64,000 bases of DNA. It comes from Patescibacteria group bacterium (GTDB lineage Bacteria; Patescibacteriota; Patescibacteriia; UBA9934). A program made the position numbers and the translations under genes. The notes under the pieces were generated by a model. That model was not told where the DNA came from. It did not search any database and saw only the letters and a list, made by a program, of their open reading frames with translations. Of the stretch, positions 19,133 to 26,907 are shown in pieces. Position 1 is the first letter of the stretch, and every line of letters starts with the position of its first letter. The DNA is taken from contig JBAZWW010000003.1 in assembly GCA_041660165.1 (NCBI GenBank), positions 4,352-68,351 on the forward strand, given 5' to 3'.

Positions 19133-20383
19133 ATGGAAAACTTCGACGTGCTGATAGTTGGGGCGAGTTTCTCTGGGCTAACCTTAGCGCATCATCTTCC
19201 TCGTCATCTGCGAGTATTGATTGTCGATGCAAAACCAGGCGCCGGCAGTACTGTCGAATCCACTGGTTTAATCACCGAAAAAACCCGCGCCGAGTTTCTC
19301 TCGTTCTTTCCGATTGACCGGTATATTACTAATCCGATCAGCTCAATTTGCGTGGTCGCTCCTAATTTTACTGACCATTTCGTTTCAACGGTGAAGGAGC
19401 CGTGGATTTATCAAACAGATACCAAGGCGCTCATCCGATCACTCGCGGATACGCTCCCCCAAAATGTAACGCTCAAAACCTCGACGATTTATCTTACGAG
19501 TAATCGGCCCCACAATCCAACCTCAGCCACTATCCGAACACTCGGCCAGGAACCAGAAGAAATCGGCCTCAAGTTCCTCGTCGGAGCCGATGGGGGACAC
19601 TCGAAAGTTGCTTCGACGAATCTCACGCTCAGCAAAAATACCCGTTTTCTTTTTGGTTACGAGCAAGTTTTCTTTGGCGAGGTGTTACTCGGCCCAAAAC
19701 CCGCAGAAACAATTTTCCACTATTGGTTTGGCGAGTTCTCCCTCGGCTACGGTGGTTGGCTCTCGCCAACGGTTGTTGAAGGACGCAAAGCCTTCCGCAT
19801 CGGCCTCGCCAAGTTAATGAAAGACAGAGGTGAAGCCAAGGGCCTCATGGAATCCTTCATGAAAAAGTTAGTCGAGCTCGGTCATATTCGAGTAGAAGGC
19901 GAAATCACTGCACCTGGATACGTTTTCGGCTCGCATATCCCTCTCGGCGGTCCTCGGTTAAAAATTGCCGACGGCAATACGCTCTTGATAGGCGATGCCG
20001 CGGGATTCTGCGGAGCCTTCGCCGCTGACGGCATCAAAGGCTCGGTCATCTCCGGCAAAGAAGCCGCGCGAGTCATTGACGACTACCTGCAAGGAAGAAC
20101 CGAAGCCGTTCACACTTTGCGCCAACGCATGAACCAGCACGGCGGAATCATGAAATATTACGTCCGCCAGCTGGCCTACCGCTTCATCTGGGACCGCATG
20201 CGGACTGATCGCTCATTCACGGCCATGTTCGGGATCATCTCCGCCGAACACGAGTCCTTCCTGGAACAATTCTGCGACAGCAAAGACAAGCACCGCTCCC
20301 TAGCCTGGACCGTCTTGAAACCAAGACATGCCGAGAAACTGGCCAGGTATGCTTGGTATTTGATTTGCGATTTGGTGAAATAA
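19133..20383 (+). CDS. FAD-dependent oxidoreductase, geranylgeranyl reductase family
   Basis: N-terminal dinucleotide-binding DVLIVGASFSGLTLA, plus LVGADGGHSKVA and GDAAGF motifs; 416 aa. Confidence 0.65.
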   Translation: MENFDVLIVGASFSGLTLAHHLPRHLRVLIVDAKPGAGSTVESTGLITEKTRAEFLSFFPIDRYITNPISSICVVAPNFTDHFVSTVKEPWIYQTDTKALIRSLADTLPQNVTLKTSTIYLTSNRPHNPTSATIRTLGQEPEEIGLKFLVGADGGHSKVASTNLTLSKNTRFLFGYEQVFFGEVLLGPKPAETIFHYWFGEFSLGYGGWLSPTVVEGRKAFRIGLAKLMKDRGEAKGLMESFMKKLVELGHIRVEGEITAPGYVFGSHIPLGGPRLKIADGNTLLIGDAAGFCGAFAADGIKGSVISGKEAARVIDDYLQGRTEAVHTLRQRMNQHGGIMKYYVRQLAYRFIWDRMRTDRSFTAMFGIISAEHESFLEQFCDSKDKHRSLAWTVLKPRHAEKLARYAWYLICDLVK

Positions 20384-20387
20384 AAAC

Positions 20388-20422
20388 GAGAGGCCTGCAC
20401 ACGGTGCAAAGCCTCTCTTCGA
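20388..20422. terminator. Bidirectional terminator hairpin between convergent genes
   Basis: GAGAGGCctgcacacggtgcaaaGCCTCTCTTCG. Confidence 0.4.
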
Positions 20423-20478
20423 GGTCCAAGGTATCTACAGGTCATCCCGCCCAGGACGATACTTCTGCAGATACACCT

Positions 20479-21442
20479 TCAGCCCGTTAGACGGCAGAAA
20501 TTTCCTGGCCGTAGCGTCACGGGCGTTGTTGTGCCATGCCATTGAACCGTCAGGCTTACGTAGGCGTACGTAGCCTTCTCCTCCGACTCGTTGCCGATAA
20601 CCAGGTCACCGAAGAGAACCTTGAGACCACTTCTGCGGTGTCGAAATTCTACCGTCCGGCCCTGGTGGTTGTGTCTGGTGGATTCTGACATGAACTCGAA
20701 TTCGCGGGAGCGCTTCAGCTCCACAAGCAACGCATCGAAGTTAATGCGGTGCTCATCAGTCCACTGCAGTATGGTCTTACTGCCTGGCGTAGTCTGCTCA
20801 TCACGAATCGGTATCGTGAAGAGGTCAGAGAAGTACGCGATCCCTGCCCCGAGATCCGCCACCCAGCGTACGAAGGCCTCGACCTTTTTCACGGAGTCCA
20901 TGTAACCAAGAGCGAGCGTGGTGCGGGTCATGACCCTGATGCCCTTACCTACCATGTGAGGAATGAGCAGGTCGAAATCAACATTCCCCATAGCTACCCC
21001 GCTCACCGCCACCCGGTCCTTCCGCGTCAGGCCGTGCAGGGACAGGTTCATGTCCTGAACCCCGAGGGCTACCAACCGATCGAGATACGTTTCCGTCGTA
21101 TCCGCCAAAATCGGTTCGAAGAGACGCACGCCGTTTGAATAGATGGTCAACAGGTCGATTTCGGCGCCATGCTGGCGCTGTTCGTTGATGAGCCGGAGTG
21201 CTCCAAAGAGCTTAGCTGGAGCATCAAGGGGCTCACCCCCCACCGGTCAGAATGATCCGACGTCCGCCGCCGCTCAGGTAGGCCTCAAGATGTTGCTCGA
21301 AGTCCCCCAGAAACGACCGCGTCTCCGCTTCCTCTACCACTGGCCGAATGAGCGGAGAGCAGAACTTGCAGCGACCACCCCGGCAGGTATTGGTGATCTC
21401 CACCTTCATCTCAACATCGGCGAATTCCTGTTCGTTGAGCAT
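20479..21442 (-). pseudogene. Radical SAM enzyme disrupted by a +1 frameshift in a G6 homopolymer
   Basis: ORF 21233..21442 encodes ...VEITNTCRGGRCKFCS...RRIILTGGG*. ORF 20479..21243 continues as GGEPLD... in the -1 frame. Removing one G from ACCGGTGGGGGGTGA restores ILTGGGEPLD, a glycine-rich SAM-binding motif. Local GC is about 58%. Confidence 0.6.
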
Positions 21443-21606
21443 TTAAGTGTCCTTTGTTGATATTGTTAAGGTGCAACCTGGATACATGATAGATGAAATC
21501 TTGGTTATTGTCAGTAAAACAGACTACCGTTTTACCCAAAACCATAAAATGCTTGCGGTTAAAGGCCACTGTGATATACTAGTGTTGTCCTAATATCGGA
21601 CAGTAT

Positions 21607-22344
21607 ATGAATACAGTCTCTTCTCTCACTAAAGTTGGGCTCAGCCAAAATGAGGCCAAGATCTATCTGTGTCTCCTTAAAATCATTGAGGGAACGGCTT
21701 TTCAGATTGCCAAACGCGCCGATATCCCTAGAACCACAGTCTATGCATCACTCGAATCGCTAAAAGCGCAGGGCCTAGTAACCTCCTTCAGGAAAAACAA
21801 CGTTTTCTATTTCACTGCTGAAAATCCAAAACAAATTCTCACCATTCTCCGCCACAAACAAGAAATAATGAATGAATTACTGCCGTCTCTGCAGGCTTTA
21901 TCAGTAGGCACGGATATCCAGCCCTCAGTAAAAATGTTTACCGGAACGCAAGGCCTGAAACTGGCCTTTGAAGACATTTTAGAAACTCTCAAAAGTACGG
22001 GTGAAAAAGTGTTGTATGCGGCCGCCTATCCGGATGTCATGGACGCCTTGCCAAAGTACTATCACGAATGGGTCAAACGAAGAGAAAAACTCGACGTGAC
22101 TACAAAAATGATCTTGCCGGAATCTGCGCGTGACAGGACAAACTTCTATGAAGGCCATAATCGCCAGGTACGGTTCATGCCAGAACCATATCTCTTCCAA
22201 TGCGCCATGGATATTTACGCCCACAAAATAGTCTACTTCGCTACCAAAGAAGGCCAAACGTATTCAATAATTCTTGAGTCCCCAATCATTGCCGATGCGT
22301 TCCTGCAATTCTTTCTCTTCGCCTTTGATCATCTCCCGCAATAA
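21607..22344 (+). CDS. TrmB-family HTH transcriptional regulator (paralog 2)
   Basis: LTKVGLSQNEAKIYLCLLKIIEGTAFQIAKRADIPRTTVYASLESLKAQGLV; 245 aa. Confidence 0.65.
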   Translation: MNTVSSLTKVGLSQNEAKIYLCLLKIIEGTAFQIAKRADIPRTTVYASLESLKAQGLVTSFRKNNVFYFTAENPKQILTILRHKQEIMNELLPSLQALSVGTDIQPSVKMFTGTQGLKLAFEDILETLKSTGEKVLYAAAYPDVMDALPKYYHEWVKRREKLDVTTKMILPESARDRTNFYEGHNRQVRFMPEPYLFQCAMDIYAHKIVYFATKEGQTYSIILESPIIADAFLQFFLFAFDHLPQ

Positions 22345-22418
22345 TGACCCCATCTCTGGAAATAACTTGATTTTTCGGCCAATATCTGCTACTCTATTCA
22401 GCGTTATGCATTTTTGCT

Positions 22419-22493
22419 GCCCTGGTAGCTCAACGGATAGAGCGGGGCTCTTCTAAGGCCATGATGTTGGTTCGATTCCAACCCGGGGCACCA
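22419..22493 (+). tRNA. tRNA-Arg (anticodon TCT)
   Basis: GCCCTGGTAGCTCAACGGATAGAGCGGGGCTCTTCTAAGGCCATGATGTTGGTTCGATTCCAACCCGGGGCACCA. Anticodon loop CTTCTAA, T-loop TTCGATT, acceptor GCCCTGG/CCGGGGC, encoded CCA. Confidence 0.75.
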
Positions 22494-22533
22494 ATAGTGC
22501 ACAAAAGTAAAAGTCTCCCAAATCGGGAGACTT

Positions 22534-22863
22534 TTATGTTAACTGGAGCATCTTCTTTAATCGAGAATCCACGCCCTGCATAAGTGTTGGCTCAATCTGC
22601 CCCAATTCCCCAAGGACAATCTTCTTCTGAAGCGTGGCTAGTTTATTAACCTTGATGACCGAATCCTTTTTGAGTCCATTCGAACGTGTTGCTTTGATCC
22701 TTAAATCAAACGCCCCCAATTTAGCCTTTTGGATAGAGGAAATGAATGACACGATACAATCGTCGCCAGTCTTCTGCTCATAAAGGACTACGCAGGGGCG
22801 AACTTTATTCCCCGAAAGATCAGTGAACGGAAACGGAACGAGGACAATGGTTCCTTTAAGCAT
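22534..22863 (-). CDS. mazF: Type II toxin, PemK/MazF family mRNA interferase
   Basis: MLKGTIVLVPFPFTDLSGNKVRPCVVL matches the MazF/PemK N-terminal signature; 109 aa. It overlaps the upstream antitoxin by 8 nt. Confidence 0.75.
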   Translation of the reverse strand: MLKGTIVLVPFPFTDLSGNKVRPCVVLYEQKTGDDCIVSFISSIQKAKLGAFDLRIKATRSNGLKKDSVIKVNKLATLQKKIVLGELGQIEPTLMQGVDSRLKKMLQLT

Positions 22864-23107
22864 ATCTCTTCTTCAAATCCGCCACCGAGTACAACTCCGG
22901 CTCTTCCTGCAAAAAATCAAAGCTCCTGGACGCAGTGTTGATATTCGTAATCTCATTAACATCCTTGTTGTAGTAGCTTGGAAATTGAATCACGAGCGCG
23001 TCAATTGAGTGACGCCTACCAATGCCGAATACTTCGCCGTGCGTTTTTACGCGGTCAATGATGTGGCTCATCTGTTTCCTGGCGTTTGTAGTCGTCACAA
23101 CGTGCAT
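22856..23107 (-). CDS. Phd/YefM-like antitoxin
   Basis: Internal start MHVVTTTNARKQMSHIIDRVKTHGEVFGIGRRHSIDALVI resembles Phd/YefM; 83 aa. It is immediately upstream of, and overlapping, mazF. Confidence 0.55.
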   Translation of the reverse strand: MHVVTTTNARKQMSHIIDRVKTHGEVFGIGRRHSIDALVIQFPSYYNKDVNEITNINTASRSFDFLQEEPELYSVADLKKRYA

Positions 23108-23222
23108 ATGTACAAATTGTACAAAATGAATGCAAATCACACAAGATGTTGGCGAATCTCGCATAAAATCAACAGCGGCCGGGAATTCGTTCCCGACCGC
23201 TGATAGTTTGTCTACCCGTTTC

Positions 23223-23768
23223 TCACTGATACTCGTGCACCATCTTCCGCAACTTCATACGGGCAGAAAACAAGCACCGTTTCACCTTTCTCCGCGGAAT
23301 ACCCAAGACGTCTGAGATCTCCCTATACGAGAGACCTTCGAGCTCGCGCAGGAGGATCACTTTCTTCTGATCAATCGGCAGTTTATCAAGCGCATCCAAA
23401 ACTTTCCTATGTAACCGCCTACGCTCCTGGGCACCTAACGATACATCATTGTCTCGATCTGCCATCTGTAGCCCTACTTCCTCCGCGTCCGAACTCCGCT
23501 TTTTCTTTCGTTTGCCGAGGAACTCCACCGCCAACTTCATGGCGATGCCGTACAACCAGAGGTGGAACTTGGACTCAAGAGAAAAGCTGTCCAGGTTGGT
23601 GTATGCCTCCACGAAGGAATTCTGCGTAATGTCGCGAGCATCCTCCCGGTTACGGAGCATGCCGAACATGAGAGAATACACTTGCACATGATATTTCTCG
23701 ACAATGAGTCGGTAGGCGGGGGCGTCACCATCCTTCACCGCCATAAGAATCTCGAGATCGTCGTACAT
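23223..23768 (-). CDS. RNA polymerase sigma-70 factor, ECF subfamily
   Basis: Region 2 (YRLIVEKYHVQVYSLMFGMLRNREDARDITQNSFVEAY) and region 4 (ILLRELEGLSYREISDVLGIPRRKVKRCLFSARMKL); 181 aa. Confidence 0.8.
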   Translation of the reverse strand: MYDDLEILMAVKDGDAPAYRLIVEKYHVQVYSLMFGMLRNREDARDITQNSFVEAYTNLDSFSLESKFHLWLYGIAMKLAVEFLGKRKKKRSSDAEEVGLQMADRDNDVSLGAQERRRLHRKVLDALDKLPIDQKKVILLRELEGLSYREISDVLGIPRRKVKRCLFSARMKLRKMVHEYQ

Positions 23769-23848
23769 GTTGCCCCCAATCTGTCAGTTCTGAGCTATCG
23801 ATGTATTCGATCGCTCGGATCTGAACGCGAGGAGAGATGATGGTCATC

Positions 23849-24088
23849 TCAATCCTCGCGCGACGGCTTTTGAGCTGCCGTCATGTCAGCAGACGGCTCT
23901 GCATGAACTGATCGTACAAGGTCGAGATCATGACGAGTGGGTTCCATAAGATCGATAATCCGCTCGTCAATCTTCAGACCCGTTCGCATGACTGCAGCGA
24001 TATACGCTTTGTGAGCCAATTGGCGTATATCCGATATGTCAGAATCAGAAATAGTTCCCCAGCAATCAATCGGATCTCCAACGTGCAA
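23849..24088 (-). CDS. Hypothetical small protein upstream of the ECF sigma gene
   Basis: 79-aa ORF on the same strand as the sigma gene, with no recognised domain. Confidence 0.3.
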   Translation of the reverse strand: MHVGDPIDCWGTISDSDISDIRQLAHKAYIAAVMRTGLKIDERIIDLMEPTRHDLDLVRSVHAEPSADMTAAQKPSRED

Positions 24089-24199
24089 AGTCCACCTCCT
24101 GGCTGTATGATTGGGTAAGAATTTGCCTTACCGCACGGTTACAGGATATCATAAATCACAGCTTTTGTCAACCTAACAGGGTGATAATAATAGAATACT

Positions 24200-24961
24200 G
24201 TGGCTAAAATAGAGCTAAAATCAGCCCTTATATCGCTGGGCGTTACGGAACAGGAGACTGAGGTCTATTTAGCGCTGGCCGAGCTTGGAGCATGTACCAG
24301 CGGGCCGATTATTGAAAAAACTGGCCTGCACAGAAATGTTGTCTACACGGCGCTAGAACACTTAATCGCTCGCAAATTCGTCCTCGAATCCCAAGTAAAA
24401 GGTAAAAAACAGTTTGTAGTGGCTGATCCGACTGTCATTTCTACAGAATTCTCGCAAAAAGCCGAGATAGCCCGTGATGTGGCACTCGGAATTCAGACCC
24501 TCGCCAAACGCCAGAGGCAGGAAATCTCCGTGCATGAGGGAAATGAGGAATACCTCGCGCTGTTAGCCAGGCTGATTCGCGAACTGCCTCGAGGTGCCAC
24601 CAAGTACGTCCTTGGCACCGGCGGGGAAGCATTCATGGCCCTAACCATGCGTCCCATTTGGCGCAAATATCACAAAGTAGCCAAAGAGCAGGGGATTAAG
24701 ATCAAAATGATTGCATATGAGTCACAAAGGGCCGCGCTTGAACAGGATGTAACAAAAGAGGGGATCTATGAGGTGCGCTATCTGCCAGACGAAATTGAGA
24801 ATCCTTCCGGCGTTCATATCTACCCAGAAGCGAACACCATGCTGAACATAATTTACTCAACTACTGAACAACCTGTAACCGCCATTCGCATAAAAAATCC
24901 CGACCTTGTCCAAGGACAGCTCAACCTGTTCAAAAATCTTTGGAAGACGGCCAAGCCCTAG
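24200..24961 (+). CDS. TrmB-family HTH transcriptional regulator (paralog 3)
   Basis: LGVTEQETEVYLALAELGACTSGPIIEKTGLHRNVVYTALEHLIARKFV; 253 aa. Its end overlaps the convergent TIM-barrel gene by 4 nt. Confidence 0.65.
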   Translation: MAKIELKSALISLGVTEQETEVYLALAELGACTSGPIIEKTGLHRNVVYTALEHLIARKFVLESQVKGKKQFVVADPTVISTEFSQKAEIARDVALGIQTLAKRQRQEISVHEGNEEYLALLARLIRELPRGATKYVLGTGGEAFMALTMRPIWRKYHKVAKEQGIKIKMIAYESQRAALEQDVTKEGIYEVRYLPDEIENPSGVHIYPEANTMLNIIYSTTEQPVTAIRIKNPDLVQGQLNLFKNLWKTAKP

Positions 24962-25659
24962 CCTGCTCTCAAGTACCCCGTTATATATTCAAACTCCGTC
25001 TTCACCTCTTCAATGGCGTCAAACGTACTTTCAATAACCATCGGCACGTCGAGCTGTTTAGCGTAATCAAGGATGATCAGCTGTTGTGTTTGATAAAGCG
25101 GTTCGTGATAGCCCGCGTATCCGCTGATGTGCAGTTGTTTGATGCGGGCGCGGAACTCGGCGATAAATTCGTCAGCAAGTTTCATTGAGGGGTCGTTAGA
25201 AAAACAATGATTGAGGTCAAGAACCATGCCCCATGAATCATTCTCCTCAAAAAACTTTTTCAAGTCATCAACATTCTTAAAAGCCTTGTTTCGACAATCC
25301 ATGTTTTCCGCCGAGAAATTCATCGGATACTGACCGAATAACTCGGTGCTATCAATGAGATCCGGGTGTACAACAACGAGCTCAGCACCAATTGCTTGAT
25401 ACAACTCAAATGCCTTATCAAGCACGGCCTTTGTAACATCATCATTCGCGTAACGAACATCAGACGGCAGATGGATGGACGTTCTTGGATACTGTTTAGC
25501 AAACGGCGCAACCTCCATAAGCCGTTCTCCTTCCGCCAAATTGTTCCAACAAATCTCCAGCAATTCGCTCCCGCTCTTGGCATAGGCCTCAAACGCCCGC
25601 GGAGAAAACTTATCCGGTAGTCTATACAACGCCCCGTGAGTAAAGCCAATTTTCGGCAT
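24958..25659 (-). CDS. Sugar phosphate isomerase/epimerase (xylose-isomerase-like TIM barrel)
   Basis: 233 aa with VVHPD, LDLNHCF and LHISGYAGYHEPL metal-site-like motifs typical of the AP-endonuclease-2/xylose-isomerase TIM fold. It is the last gene of the HD / AlaRS-like / TIM-barrel operon. Confidence 0.6.
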   Translation of the reverse strand: MPKIGFTHGALYRLPDKFSPRAFEAYAKSGSELLEICWNNLAEGERLMEVAPFAKQYPRTSIHLPSDVRYANDDVTKAVLDKAFELYQAIGAELVVVHPDLIDSTELFGQYPMNFSAENMDCRNKAFKNVDDLKKFFEENDSWGMVLDLNHCFSNDPSMKLADEFIAEFRARIKQLHISGYAGYHEPLYQTQQLIILDYAKQLDVPMVIESTFDAIEEVKTEFEYITGYLRAG

Positions 25660-25670
25660 AAGAATGTTGA

Positions 25671-26807
25671 CTATCTTGTTGAAGCAATTTTATCTGCTAA
25701 CGTTTCTTTAATATATTCACGCTTTGCTTCAAACTCAGGAAATAGTACCCCAAAAAGATCAATCGCATTATCTGTCAGATTGGCAATGGTGACCGGCGAG
25801 TTGCGGAGCGACAACCGTTCGGCGCTATTATTAAAATTACGTATATATTTGTTAAATAGATACTTGCGGCTCCGATTTTTACTGCCGTGAAGTTCGCATA
25901 CCCCGTCATGCACTAAAAATACCAGTCCGCGGATATGGTCACACATAATGATCGCTTCTCTGTGAAGTTCTGGAGGAACAACCCCAAGCTGTCCCTTGAG
26001 ATTGTCGAGTATTGAAATATCGCCGATATCGGCAACCTGTTCAAATATTCTCATCAAACGTTGAGGCCCGAAACCTGCAGCAATGGCTGATTGGCTCATA
26101 GGCGTCAAGTCAAAATGCGATTCGCCGGTTTTGGTTTTCGTCACGCTGACCTCAAGGCTGTAAAGAACGTGGGTAAAAAACTCAAGCACTCCGCCTGTCT
26201 GTTCCGCAGCCCAAAATTCTGCCGGTGTTAATGCAATGCGCGATTCCTGCAAATCATAAAAGAATTCGCACCGCGGACCGCCAACAGGTTCAACCGTATT
26301 CGCCACAAAGCATTCCATCGGCGCACTGAGAAGCGTAGGAATGATGTGATCTGCTTGAAAACCAAGCGAAAGCAAAATGTCCCGCACTTCGTTATCAGGT
26401 TCAAAGGCGATGCCCTTGATCTCACCCCCGGCAAAATATGTGGCGTAGATTCTTGAGGCATCAAGATGGAGCTGTTTCGTAAAGAATTCTAAAAAGTGCC
26501 CAAGAACTTCAGTGCGAGTGAACCCGCCAATGCTATCGGCAACAAACATATTAAAAAATGATAGATGCTTACCGTCTCCCGTCAAATCAATATCCCAATG
26601 CCGGATACATGGCTGATTAACAATGTGGTTCCCCTGCAAAGAAGTATCACCACGCCAAAATTTATAGGCCAAATCAGGACCACCGCTCATGGTAAATGTT
26701 GTGGGGAAAATAGAAGAAACCAATTTCTCCCTCTCGCGGACTGCGTACCCCTTGGCAATCATGAAATTCTGAAACTGGAGATGAAGCTGGTAAAAATCAT
26801 TTTTCAT
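25671..26807 (-). CDS. Alanyl-tRNA synthetase catalytic-domain-only paralog (class II AlaRS core without tRNA-binding, editing or C-Ala domains)
   Basis: 378 aa that align along the AlaRS N-terminal catalytic domain. FQNFMIAKGYAV matches FLDFFxSKGH. NQPCIRHWDIDLTGDGKHLSFFNMF matches TSQRCVRxxDxxxVGxTxRHHTFFEMLGNFSFGDY. RIYATYFAGGE matches RLWVTVYExDDE. GGPRCEFFYD matches GPCGPCTEIFYDH. GFGPQRLMRIF matches GMGLERL. MCDHIRGLVFLVHDGV matches ADHIRAxAFLIADGV. Confidence 0.75.
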   Translation of the reverse strand: MKNDFYQLHLQFQNFMIAKGYAVREREKLVSSIFPTTFTMSGGPDLAYKFWRGDTSLQGNHIVNQPCIRHWDIDLTGDGKHLSFFNMFVADSIGGFTRTEVLGHFLEFFTKQLHLDASRIYATYFAGGEIKGIAFEPDNEVRDILLSLGFQADHIIPTLLSAPMECFVANTVEPVGGPRCEFFYDLQESRIALTPAEFWAAEQTGGVLEFFTHVLYSLEVSVTKTKTGESHFDLTPMSQSAIAAGFGPQRLMRIFEQVADIGDISILDNLKGQLGVVPPELHREAIIMCDHIRGLVFLVHDGVCELHGSKNRSRKYLFNKYIRNFNNSAERLSLRNSPVTIANLTDNAIDLFGVLFPEFEAKREYIKETLADKIASTR

Positions 26808-26907
26808 AAGACCTTTAAACCCAGCTTAACACGCCAGCCATGGGTTGGGTAATTTTCTGCGAGTAAAACAAAATGAGCCCTTTTAAAGACCTGCTCAGGT
26901 CTGACGG

